Assembly (NCBI GenBank): GCA_035646535.1
Contig: DASRPD010000098.1
Span: 33,827 to 97,826 of the forward strand
Origin: Acidimicrobiia bacterium
GTDB lineage: Bacteria > Actinomycetota > Acidimicrobiia > IMCC26256 > JANYLB01
Reading direction: 5' to 3'
Length of the DNA: 64,000 nt
Part shown: positions 22,642 to 31,981 of the stretch, one piece after another
Layout of the letters: every line of letters starts with the position of its first letter
Position numbering within the stretch: position 1 is the first letter of the stretch
Notes under the pieces: model-generated
Database searches by the model: none
What the model was told of the DNA's origin: nothing
What the model saw: the letters and a program-made list of their open reading frames with translations, nothing else
Program-made: the position numbers and the translations under genes

Positions 22642-25613
22642 TCAGCGACCGTCGCCGGTCAACACGGCGATCTGCTGCTCGACGAAGTTGACGATCTCAC
22701 TGTCCTTCATGGATGCACCCTGGCGTACTGCGTCGGCGAAGGCGGCCGGTCCCAGCAGCGATCGCAATTGATCGACGCTGTCGGAGAGCCGCTCGGCGTC
22801 AGCTGGTTCGAATGGCAGCGCGTGTGATGCACCGACCGCGGTGAGCGACCCGTGCAGGACGGCCGCGGCCTCGAATGCTCCGAGGTCGACGAGGATCCCG
22901 AGCACTCGACGCAACGACAGCCATTGGTTGGCCCAGTCGCCACCTCGGTACCACGTGTCGACGACGTCGGCGTAGCCGATCAGCGCGGTCATGTGCTCAC
23001 CGTGTTTCGCCCTGAGCCAGTGGACCTCGGTGAGGGCGAAGGCTTCGATCCAACGGTTGCCGGCCTCGGCGGCCACCAGACTGGCTCGCTCGAGGTACGA
23101 GAGCGCCTCGCTCGGGTCGGTGCGCTCGAGAGCAAGTCCGAGGGCGTAATCGGCCTGGGCATGCGCAGTTGGTGACTGGGCTGCGTCCGCCGCGGCCCTG
23201 GCCTCGCGGGCGAGCACGGCGCCGCGGCTCCCAGCTCCGACGCTGGTCTCGGCCACGGATCGCATGTACAGGCCGTGAGCGATTCGAGCCGTGGAGCCGG
23301 ATCGCCGGGCCGAGTCCAGCATCCGATCCATCCAGGCCAACCCTTCGTCGACCCGTTCCATGTAGAAGAACGTGTTGCCCAGGACCCGCTCGGGGAGACC
23401 ACTGTCGGACGTCTCGGTCTTGCCCTCGGCCTCGAGGGCTTGGTGGGCGAGGCTGATTGCTGCCTCCATGTCGCCCCGTACGAAACGGCCGTAGGCCGAC
23501 ACAGCCAGCGCGACCGGCCGATCAGGGTGGTCGCTGGCGCCAGGGAGACGTGCCGACGCGTCGGCCCAACTCGCGACCTCGTACTGGACGCGCCTGAACG
23601 CGAACTCCCACAGTGAAGCGACGAGTCGCAGCGCGCTGTGGGCGTCATCCCGGCGGAGCGCGGTGAGGTGCGCCGCCCGGAGGTTGTCGAAGTCCCGATC
23701 GAGTGCGACCGACCACGACGGCTCATCGGGGCTGTCCAGGCCGGCAGCCCCGCGTTCTGCCAGGTCGAGGAACCAGCTGAGGTGACGATCCTCGACGTCC
23801 TCGAGGATCCCGCGCTCAGCCAGACGATCGAGACCGAACTCGCGCAACGGCTCAAGAAGACGGTACCGAGGCGGACCCGGATCGACGAGCACGACCATTG
23901 ACTTGTCGACGAGGCCGGCGAGTGTGCCAACCGTGGGCGAGTCCTGCGGTCCAATCAGACAGACTGCCTCGGCCGCCGGTAGGTCGAAGCCTCCCGCGAA
24001 GACCGCCAACTGCTCGAAGACCTTCTGCTCCTGAGGTTCGAGGAGGTCGTGGGACCACTCGACGAGGTGGTGAAGCGTGCGTTGACGTCCATCGGCACCG
24101 CGCTGGGTCTGGCCGAGCAACTCGATCCGCTGGTGCAGACGTGCCGCGAGCGTGTCGATACCCATGCTTCGTACCCTGGCCGCCGCAAGCTCCAGGGCCA
24201 GGGGGAGGCCGTCGAGTCGGCGGCAGATCTCGGCGACGACCGCGGCGTTGTCGTCGGTCAGCGTGAACCCGCGGGTTGCGGCGTCGGCGCGGGACGCGAA
24301 GAGCTCCACCGCGGCCGAGCTTCGAATCTCGCCGGCCAGCACGGCATCCGAGGTCGGCAACGACAGCGGGGCGAGGACCTCGACGTACTCCCCGGCCAGG
24401 CCGAGAGGCTCCCTGCTCGTGGCGAGGATCCTGAGTCGGGGACACGACGAGCGGAGACGGTCGACGAGGGGGCGAGGGTGTCGGTGACGTGTTCACAGTT
24501 GTCGAGCACCAGCATGCAGTTCGTCGAGGCGAGGTGCTCCTCGATCGTGGACTCGATGGTCCGGTACTGACGCTGTTGGATGTCGAGGGCGTGCGCGATG
24601 ACCTGCGCGGCTCCCGACGGGTCCCGGAGCGGTGCGAACTCGACCACTGTCACACCATCGTCGAACGCATCCATGACGCCGCCGGCGACGCGCATGGCCA
24701 GCCTGGTCTTGCCGACCCCTCCGGGCCCGGTCACCGTCATCAGCGGCTGATCCCGGAGGGCTTCGGACAGGGCGAGCACATCAGGATCGCGACCGATGAA
24801 CGAGGTCGCCCCCATCAGCTGGGGGACGAGAATGCTCGCGGCTCGAAGTTTGGTGGACGGCTCGCCCGTGGAGTGAAGAGAGGGGTCGTCAGCCAGGATT
24901 CTCACCTCGAGCTCGCGCACCGCCGGCGACAGATCGAGGCCCAGCTCCTGTCCGAGCATCTCGCGGAGCTTGCCGACCCGACGGAGTGCCTCACCCTGTC
25001 GGCCCGTGCGGTACAGGGCCAAGATCAGCAGGCGCCAGTAGCACTCCCGAAGCGGGTGGAGACTCACCAGTGCTTCGAGCTCACCCACCATCGGCGCAGG
25101 ATCGCCGGTTGCCATCCTGGCGTCGGCCCACTGATCGGTTGCCACCAGCCGGAGCTCGTCGAGACGCACCGCCTCGCCGTGCACCTCGGCGAGGTCCGCG
25201 TACTGTCCGAAGGCTGGTCCGTGCCACAGGGCGAGCGCTGACTCGAGCACCGGAACGGACTCGTGAGCACCGAGGGTGTGGCCTCGGGCGAGCAGTGCCT
25301 CGAAGCGGTCCGCGTCGAGTCCGCCGTCGGGCGTGTCCAGCCGATAGCCGGCGGAATCGAGCGTGATCGAGAATCCCGGAGGGAGCGCCGCTCGGAGGCG
25401 CGAGACCTGACTCTGTACCGTCGCCTTCGCCGACTTCGGCGGCCCCTCACCCCACAGCGTCTCGATCAGCCGATCAGAAGACACCGGATTGTGCCGGTGC
25501 GCGATGAGGACCGACAGCAGTTGCTGCGCCTTCGGCCCACCGAGTGGGCGCGGCGCACCCTCAGCCCACAGCACGAGCCCCCCGAGCACTCGCAGCTCCG
25601 TGGGTCCCGTCAT
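22642..25613 (-). pseudogene. AfsR/SARP-type regulator (OmpR-like wHTH + BTAD + NB-ARC P-loop + TPR), split by a frameshift at a G5/C5 run
   Basis: The N-terminal ORF starts at MTGPTELRVLGG (ATG 25613). It reads ..LIETLWGEGPPKSAKATVQSQVSRLR.. (wHTH), BTAD, then GPGGVGKTRLA...LVLDNCEHVTDTLAP and turns to nonsense. The homology continues in the frame one base off: LVDRLRSSCPRLRILATSREPLGLAGE..., which is the 572-aa ORF 22642-24360 with TPR repeats. The junction is at GGGGG 24468-24472. Confidence 0.8.
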
Positions 25614-25635
25614 CGGCTCAGCCTCCCGCGCTGTC

Positions 25636-25694
25636 TGCTTGCAGTCCGCTTGCAATTGGCCGCCGGCTTCGCACGCGCATTGCGAGCCATTTGC
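25636..25694 (+). promoter_or_regulatory. phased direct heptamer repeats (SARP-box-like) in the divergent intergenic region
   Basis: GCTTGCA lies at 25636-25642 and 25647-25653, an 11-bp phase. ATTGCGA (25678-25684) and ATTTGCA (25688-25694) have TTGC cores 11 bp apart. A degenerate GCTTCGCA lies at 25665-25672. Confidence 0.5.
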
Positions 25695-25776
25695 AGGGTG
25701 GGTCCTTCATCATCGCCTCACTGATGGCTCGTCAGCGAGCCACAGTCGCTCACCGACAACAACGGAGGTCCGAGCC

Positions 25777-26373
25777 ATGACGTGGAAGCTGTCCGGAAGC
25801 TACTTCGAGTCCTGCAACTGCGAGGCGGCGTGCCCGTGCGCGTTCCTTGGTCCGCCGACGACGGGGGTGTGCACTGCGATCATCGGATGGCACATCGAAA
25901 ACGGTGAGTACGAGGGACTGCAGCTCGACGGGCTCAACGTGGCCTTGGCTGTGGACTCGCCGGGGCACATGGCCACGACCGAGTGGCGGGCGGCCGTGTA
26001 CCTCGACGATCGGGCCTCCGAGGAGCAGACAGCCGCGCTCGGCGCCATCTTCTCCGGCGCTGCCGGGGGACACCCGGCCGTCCTGGGCTCCTACATCGGC
26101 GAGGTACTGGGCGTCGCCACCGCACCGATCACCTTCGAAGGTGACGACGCGTCGCGGGCGATGCGGATCGGCGACGTGGCTGACGTGAAGATCACCGCGA
26201 TGGAAGGCCAGGGCGGAGCCCAGGTCACGATCGCCAATCACCCCTTGGCAGTTGCTCCCGGCCAAGAGGTGGTCGCGGCTCGGGCAGATCACCTCCGGTT
26301 CACCGATCACGGCTACGAATGGGAGCTGTCGGAGAGCAACGGCTTCTTCTCGCCCTTCAAGTACGAGGGATGA
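25777..26373 (+). CDS. DUF1326-family protein
   Basis: Start at MTWKLSGSYFESCNCEAACPCAF (ATG 25777, ACGGAGG SD at 25762-25768). The Cys-rich N-terminal CNC..ACPC motif is characteristic of DUF1326. Confidence 0.75.
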   Translation: MTWKLSGSYFESCNCEAACPCAFLGPPTTGVCTAIIGWHIENGEYEGLQLDGLNVALAVDSPGHMATTEWRAAVYLDDRASEEQTAALGAIFSGAAGGHPAVLGSYIGEVLGVATAPITFEGDDASRAMRIGDVADVKITAMEGQGGAQVTIANHPLAVAPGQEVVAARADHLRFTDHGYEWELSESNGFFSPFKYEG

Positions 26374-26374
26374 G

Positions 26375-27142
26375 ATGAGAGCGTTGCTCGCACCCCCGAC
26401 TGCGAGGACTCGGCTGTTCGTGGCCGCGGGTCTCGTGTTCGTCGTCGTGCTGTCCTGGGCCTACCTCATCTTCCTCAGCGCCCGCATGGGCGACATGCAG
26501 TCGCCGTTTGCCATGCCGATGACCTCTGCCTGGACGGGTCAGGACGTCGTGCTCATGTGGACGATGTGGGCGGTGATGATGGCCGGGATGATGCTCCCGT
26601 CGGCGGCACCGATGATCGGCGCCTATGCGACGACCGTCCGATCGGACACCCCCGGGCTTCACGGCTCCACCGCATTGTTCGTGGCCGGCTACCTCGCTGC
26701 CTGGAGCGGCTTCGCCGCGCTGGCGACCGGCGCCCAGTGGGTGCTGCACGACGCCGCACTCGTCAATGCCATGGGGGTCTCCACGAGCAGTTGGCTCGGC
26801 GGCCTGCTGTTGCTGGCGGCGGGTGCCTACCAGTTCACGAGGGTCAAAGATGCGTGTCTTCGGCAGTGCCGGACGCCCCTTGGATTCCTCCTCAACGAGT
26901 GGCGCGATGGCCAACGTGGCGCGGTCGTCATGGGTGTGCGCCACGGGGCGGTCTGCGTCGGGTGCTGCTGGGCACTGATGACGCTCTTGTTCGTGCTCGG
27001 CGTCATGAACCTGTGGTGGATCGCGCTCGTGGCCGCGGTGGTCCTGCTCGAGAAGATCCTTCCGAGTCGGGCGATCAGCCACGCGCTCGGAGCCTCGTTG
27101 ATGGTCTGGGGCGCTGCGCTCGTGATGGGGCTCGGCTCATGA
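26375..27142 (+). CDS. DUF2182-family predicted metal-binding integral membrane protein
   Basis: ATG 26375 lies 1 nt after the DUF1326 stop. It has multiple TM helices, Met-rich segments (MWTMWAVMMAGMMLPSAAPM) and a CVGCCW motif. Confidence 0.75.
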   Translation: MRALLAPPTARTRLFVAAGLVFVVVLSWAYLIFLSARMGDMQSPFAMPMTSAWTGQDVVLMWTMWAVMMAGMMLPSAAPMIGAYATTVRSDTPGLHGSTALFVAGYLAAWSGFAALATGAQWVLHDAALVNAMGVSTSSWLGGLLLLAAGAYQFTRVKDACLRQCRTPLGFLLNEWRDGQRGAVVMGVRHGAVCVGCCWALMTLLFVLGVMNLWWIALVAAVVLLEKILPSRAISHALGASLMVWGAALVMGLGS

Positions 27143-27293
27143 GCGCCCGCCCCTTTCCCGTCGGGTGATGGAGGAGACGCATCTCGAGCGTGCCCCGCGA
27201 GGGCGGGTCGACACCTCCTGGAAGCGAACACGACGCTGCTCACCCGGCTCTTCGCGAACAACAGCGCGACACGTCACACCGAGAGGGAGAGAG

Positions 27294-28187
27294 TCAGGTC
27301 GGCGGTGGGTCCTCACGGTGGAGCCAATCCAACAAGTCCGTCGGAGCCAGATGCTCGGCGCGTGCCTGGTAGTCGGCGAGCTCGCGCTCGGAGAGCACCT
27401 CTCGGGCAGCGCCGGACGAACCGCGGCGAAAGAACCGCGCGGGGGACTTGAGGACTCCTGCGGCGTCGGGGGCCAACTGGTCGGCACGAGCTCGCATCCG
27501 CTCGAAGCGCGCCGCGCGCACGAGATCGGGCCACCTCGCCTCGTCGACATGGATGTGGAGCAGTCTCGCGAGGCGGCGCATCTGGCCTTCGAGATCAGCC
27601 GACAGATCGTCGTAGTGCACGAGAACGATGTTCGGCTGGTCGCGACGGGCCCACGCGTCGGACAGGTGCCACAGCACTCCAGCAAGGGAGTCCATCTGCT
27701 CGCGCGGGCTTCCCTGCCAGTTGATCCACGCAACCAGCCACTCGCGAAGCGGCGGCCGAGCGGACGCCGGCGATGGGGGTCGGTCCCGGCCGGTGAGCTC
27801 GCGCATCCGCTCGCGATCGAGGTTGTCGCCCTGGTGGTACAGCGACACTGCCATGTCCAACGGGTGGCGCGCCACCACGATGTAGGTGGCGCGCGGGTCC
27901 AGCGGCACACCGTCGAGCGGCGTGTGGGTCTTCACGAACCGCCGGTGCCCCTGCGCGTCGAGGTGAGCCAAGACGTCGTCGCGTGGAGCCCCGAGCCAGT
28001 CCAACCACGGGGAGAGCTCGGCCAACGGCGCGGGCAGGTCCTCGGTCTGGAACACCAACAGCGCGCAGATCATCTGCACCCAGGTCGTGCCGCTCTTGGA
28101 CCGCGTGCTGATCACGATGTCGCCCGGCCGGAACGAGAACCCCGCCCACCGAGCACTGTCCTCGTCCGCGGAGCGGTATCGGGACAT
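27294..28187 (-). CDS. PAPS-dependent sulfotransferase-domain protein
   Basis: 297-aa ORF. ISTRSKSGTTWVQ is the 5'-PSB loop, and VVARHPLDMAVS is 3'-PB-like. Confidence 0.8.
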   Translation of the reverse strand: MSRYRSADEDSARWAGFSFRPGDIVISTRSKSGTTWVQMICALLVFQTEDLPAPLAELSPWLDWLGAPRDDVLAHLDAQGHRRFVKTHTPLDGVPLDPRATYIVVARHPLDMAVSLYHQGDNLDRERMRELTGRDRPPSPASARPPLREWLVAWINWQGSPREQMDSLAGVLWHLSDAWARRDQPNIVLVHYDDLSADLEGQMRRLARLLHIHVDEARWPDLVRAARFERMRARADQLAPDAAGVLKSPARFFRRGSSGAAREVLSERELADYQARAEHLAPTDLLDWLHREDPPPT

Positions 28188-28205
28188 CGCCCGACCGTGT
28201 CTCTA

Positions 28206-28577
28206 CTACTCGGGGTTGTGGCAGACGACCTCGACGTTGTTGCCGTCGGGATCACGGACGAACGCGCCGAAATAGTTGGGGTGGTACTCGGGCCAGACTC
28301 GCGGTTCGTGCAGCACATCAGCGCCGGCGCTCACGGCGGCGTCGAAGGACGCGTGGACCGCTCCCCGGTCGCCGGCCGTGAGCGCGATGTGGGACTCACG
28401 GAACCCCTCACCGCTTGCCCGCGGGCCGATCCAGAAGTCCGGCATCGGCGCGACACCGAAGCCGATGACCTCACCGAAGTCCATGACGCGCGTTCCGCCG
28501 ATCGGCGCAAGAAATGCGTCGTAGAACGCGGCACTCGCCGCCACATCGGCGCACTGAATCGAGACATGATCGAGCAT
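28206..28577 (-). CDS. VOC/glyoxalase family protein
   Basis: 123-aa ORF with MLDHVSIQCADVAASAAFYDAFL... and FVRDPDGNNVEVVCH. Confidence 0.85.
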   Translation of the reverse strand: MLDHVSIQCADVAASAAFYDAFLAPIGGTRVMDFGEVIGFGVAPMPDFWIGPRASGEGFRESHIALTAGDRGAVHASFDAAVSAGADVLHEPRVWPEYHPNYFGAFVRDPDGNNVEVVCHNPE

Positions 28578-28688
28578 GGCGAAACCCTATCCGCCGCCGA
28601 TTCATCTCCTTTGGCGTCGTAGGGCATGGATAATTCATGGCCTGCGACGCCAAAGCGATGGTTCGGTACGTCCGAGCCCGACGCGGGA

Positions 28689-29747
28689 CTACCGGGACGG
28701 GTCGACCGCTTGGAGCGCGCCGCCCGCGGCGGCCGAGGCGCGCATGGCATCGAGGACGCGCATACCGGCGACGCCGTCGGTGAACGTGGCGGGCGCGACC
28801 GGGCCCGGTTCGCCGCCGTCGATCGCGGTGTAGAACGCACGGGCCAGCGCGGTGTACGGCTCGAGCTCCATCGCCATCCACCGGTGCTCCGAGTCGGCGT
28901 CGGCCTCGACTGGTGTTGCGGTGACGAGCTCGTGTTCGCCGGTCGCGTCGGCGAGCACGACCCGGTCACCCTTGACGACGATGGTTCCCTCGGTTCCGGT
29001 CACGCTTGTCAGGCCTACGACGTTCGGCGTCCACGCGGCGGCGCACTGCTGCAACACGCCCTCGGCGCCGTTCACCGTCGTGAGTCGGGCGACGAAGGAG
29101 TCCTCGACGCCTCGGTCGAGCGCGGACACCGTCGGCAGGGTCGCGCTGACGCTCTCGATCTCGCCGAGCCAGGTGCGGAGTTGATCCACGGCGTGTGATC
29201 CGGACGCGCCGAGCCAGCCGCCACCCGCGGCCGCGTCGTACCACCAGTCGGCGAACAGCTCCGTCGGACCGGAGAGCAGATTGATCGAGCTGACCACGGT
29301 GAAGGTTCGTGGTTCGCCGATGCGGCCTTCGCCGATCACCCGGGCCACCGCCGACTGCGCCGCGGCGAAGCGGAACTCGTGGCCGACCAGATGGACGACC
29401 CCGGCGCGCTCGGCCGCCACGAGCATCGACGATGCCTCGGTGGCGTCGATGGCGAAGGGCTTCTCGCACAGCACGTGACGGCCCGCCGCGATCGCCTGGA
29501 GCGCGAGTGGCGCATGGGTCGCGGGTGGGGTGGCGATGCTCACGGCGTCGATACCCGGGAGTGCGAGCGCGTCTGCCAGCGTCGTGCACGGGTGGCCGAC
29601 CTCGGCGCGTGCCGCCCGTCGAGCCGTCTTGTCGGTGTCGCGTCCGATCAGCGCGCGCACCTCGAAGCCCGCGGCTCGGAGCGCGGGCACGTGGACGCGA
29701 CGCCCGAAGCCGGTGCCGACGACCGCGACCCCCGGAGGCCGGCTCAT
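28689..29747 (-). CDS. Gfo/Idh/MocA-family NAD(P)-dependent oxidoreductase
   Basis: 352-aa ORF. VAVVGTGFGRRVHVPAL is the Rossmann motif and HVLCEKPFA is the EKP motif. Confidence 0.85.
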   Translation of the reverse strand: MSRPPGVAVVGTGFGRRVHVPALRAAGFEVRALIGRDTDKTARRAARAEVGHPCTTLADALALPGIDAVSIATPPATHAPLALQAIAAGRHVLCEKPFAIDATEASSMLVAAERAGVVHLVGHEFRFAAAQSAVARVIGEGRIGEPRTFTVVSSINLLSGPTELFADWWYDAAAGGGWLGASGSHAVDQLRTWLGEIESVSATLPTVSALDRGVEDSFVARLTTVNGAEGVLQQCAAAWTPNVVGLTSVTGTEGTIVVKGDRVVLADATGEHELVTATPVEADADSEHRWMAMELEPYTALARAFYTAIDGGEPGPVAPATFTDGVAGMRVLDAMRASAAAGGALQAVDPSR

Positions 29748-29772
29748 CCGGCGGGCACCACCGGCACGTGGC

Positions 29773-30996
29773 TCAGACGCGGTCGAGCTCGAGCATCTTG
29801 ATCGCGTTGCCCCGCAGCACCTTGTACGCGACCTGCTCGTCGACGCCCACCAGCATCTTCTCGATGTACTCGTGCGAGTTCGGCCACGTCGTGTCGGTGT
29901 GCGGGTAGTCGGTCTCGAAGCAGATGTTGTCCTCGCCGACCTCGTCGAGCGAGCGCAGACCGTGGCGGTCCGCGGTGAAGCACCCGAAGATCCGCCCGTA
30001 GTAGTAGGTCGACGGCGGCTCGGGGATCCGCTCCTTGGAGTGGTGCCAGCTGTCGTGCTGGTCCCAGACGGTGTCGGCGCGTTCGAGGGCGTAGGGGATC
30101 CAGCCGATCTGGCCCTCGGAGTAGGCGAGCTTCAGCTTCGGGAACTGGATGAGCTTGGTCGAGAACAGCCAGTCCGCCAGCGACGCCATCGAGTTGTTGA
30201 ACGCGAGCGTGCCGCCGACGCCGGGAGGGGCGTCGGGCGACGCGGATGGGTTCGTGGACGACGAACCGATGTGCATGCACAGCGTCACGCCGTTGTCGTT
30301 GCAGACCTGAAACACCGGATCCCAACTGCCGCTGTGGATGCTCGGCAGGCCCAGGTGGGTGGGGATCTCGCTGAAGCAGAACGCGCGCACCCCGCGGTCC
30401 GCGTTGCGCTGGATCTCGAGCACGCACTCCTGGACATCCCACAGCGGCATGATGCACAGCGGGATGTTCATCCCACCCGACGGCGCACACCACTCCTCGA
30501 CCATCCAATCGTTGTACGCACGAACGCACGCCAGGCCGAGCTCCTTGTCCTCACCGTCGTAGAACGTCTGGCCGCAGAAGCGGGGGAAGGTGGGGAAGGG
30601 CAGCGAGCCGTCGACCCAGTTGGCCTTGAAGTCCTCGATCCGTGCGTCAACCTCGTAACAGCCCGGACGCATCTCGTCGTAGGTGAGGGCCGTCATGACC
30701 ATCTTCGTGCGGTCGAACTTGGAGAGGTCACCGCCGGGTGTTGCCTCGAGCGGGATGGCGACGAAGCGCTTGTTGACGTAGATGAGACGGTCCTCGTAGT
30801 ACCAGGCGTCGCCCCACATGCCGTTGGGGTCTTCGGTCATCTCGTAGCGAGCGCCGGGCTTCAGGCGGAAGTCTCCCCACTTCTTGCGCTCGACCCGGGG
30901 TCCCTTCGCGCGGTACTTCTTCGCCAGCCAGGATTGCCAGACGTGTGGCGGCTCGACGACGTGGTCATCGACGCTGATGATCTTCGGCAGCTCCAC
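29773..30996 (-). CDS. amidohydrolase-2 (ACMSD/metal-dependent hydrolase or decarboxylase) family protein, paralog A
   Basis: 407-aa ORF with IISVDDHVVEP (HxH-equivalent DxH), MHIGSSS and ICFETDYPHTDTTWP. It shares a clear residue-by-residue alignment with 46539-47774. Confidence 0.85.
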   Translation of the reverse strand: MELPKIISVDDHVVEPPHVWQSWLAKKYRAKGPRVERKKWGDFRLKPGARYEMTEDPNGMWGDAWYYEDRLIYVNKRFVAIPLEATPGGDLSKFDRTKMVMTALTYDEMRPGCYEVDARIEDFKANWVDGSLPFPTFPRFCGQTFYDGEDKELGLACVRAYNDWMVEEWCAPSGGMNIPLCIMPLWDVQECVLEIQRNADRGVRAFCFSEIPTHLGLPSIHSGSWDPVFQVCNDNGVTLCMHIGSSSTNPSASPDAPPGVGGTLAFNNSMASLADWLFSTKLIQFPKLKLAYSEGQIGWIPYALERADTVWDQHDSWHHSKERIPEPPSTYYYGRIFGCFTADRHGLRSLDEVGEDNICFETDYPHTDTTWPNSHEYIEKMLVGVDEQVAYKVLRGNAIKMLELDRV

Positions 30997-31111
30997 AACC
31001 AGCTCCTCGGCTCGGTCTCTGCTCCAAGTTCTCCCATTCTGACACGCGTGTCAGGTCGCGGGCGAGCGGAGACCTCGTGGGCCGCCGGCGCGCGTGGCGC
31101 ACGGCGACACG

Positions 31112-31963
31112 TCAGGGGTCCAGATGCAGCAGTGCGGTCGGGTTGGTGCAAGCCATCCGGCGGATCTCGGCTTCGGCGAGGCCCTCGGCGAAGAGGGCGT
31201 CGGCGTAGGTCTGCAGCCCCGGCGCGGGTCGGGGGTTGATCGCCTGGCCGAAGTCGGTCCCCAGGGTCACGCGATCGGTGCCGACCGCTGCGATGGTGGC
31301 GACCATGTCGGCCACCGAACGGGTCGCCAGTCCGCCGATGCAGGTCATCGCGCACAGCTCGATCCACGCGCCGGCCGCCGCGAGCTCGGCGCACTGGGCC
31401 GCGCTCAGGTTGGGGCCGGCCAGCTCCTCGGTCGCGTGGGTGACGAGCACCGTGCCGCGCGCCGCGAACTCGCGCACGACCGCGAAGTGCTCGGCCGCGC
31501 TGACGTGACCCGTGGCGAGGATCGCGTCGTGCTCGGCGACGAGGTCGAGCACCGCCCGCGTCTCGGCGAGCAGCTCACCGTCGTCGTCGGTCACCACGAT
31601 GCCGGGCCCGGGGATGCCGAGCTGGCCGGCGACGCCGTTCACGACGTCCTGTCGGCTCGACAGGGTGGGAAGCCAGACCACCCGTGCACCCAGAGCCAGC
31701 GCCACCTCCACCGCCGCGGGGTTGACTCCGCCCACCTCCCGGTCGCAGCAGATGCCGCCGATCACGCGCAGACCCTCGACCTGTTGGCCGACCGCCCACG
31801 CGAGCGACGCGGTGGGGAAGGCATGCGACTTGAGCACGATGGCCGCATGACCGGCCGCGGCGGCGTCGGTGGCCGCTTCGACCGCGTCGACCGACCGGGC
31901 GCGGTGCGGGTCGGGCCCGAAGTGGCAGTGCAGATCGGCGGCACCCGCGAGATCGACGCTCAT
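31112..31963 (-). CDS. amidohydrolase-superfamily-like TIM-barrel protein (DUF6282-like, by recollection)
   Basis: Start at MSVDLAGAADLHCHFGPDPH (ATG 31963). It has IVLKSHAFPTA, GGVNPAAVEVALALGARVVWLPT and ILATGH. The N-terminal 234 codons of the 518-aa track ORF are antisense noise. Confidence 0.65.
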   Translation of the reverse strand: MSVDLAGAADLHCHFGPDPHRARSVDAVEAATDAAAAGHAAIVLKSHAFPTASLAWAVGQQVEGLRVIGGICCDREVGGVNPAAVEVALALGARVVWLPTLSSRQDVVNGVAGQLGIPGPGIVVTDDDGELLAETRAVLDLVAEHDAILATGHVSAAEHFAVVREFAARGTVLVTHATEELAGPNLSAAQCAELAAAGAWIELCAMTCIGGLATRSVADMVATIAAVGTDRVTLGTDFGQAINPRPAPGLQTYADALFAEGLAEAEIRRMACTNPTALLHLDP

Positions 31964-31981
31964 GTCGATATCGTCGCACGC

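Noticed and set aside
22633-22643. GGATTCGAATC, reminiscent of a tRNA T-loop (GGTTCGAATCC)
   Set aside because: No complementary T-stem, acceptor stem or anticodon arm can be built from the flanks. The string overlaps the regulator's stop codon, so it is a chance match.
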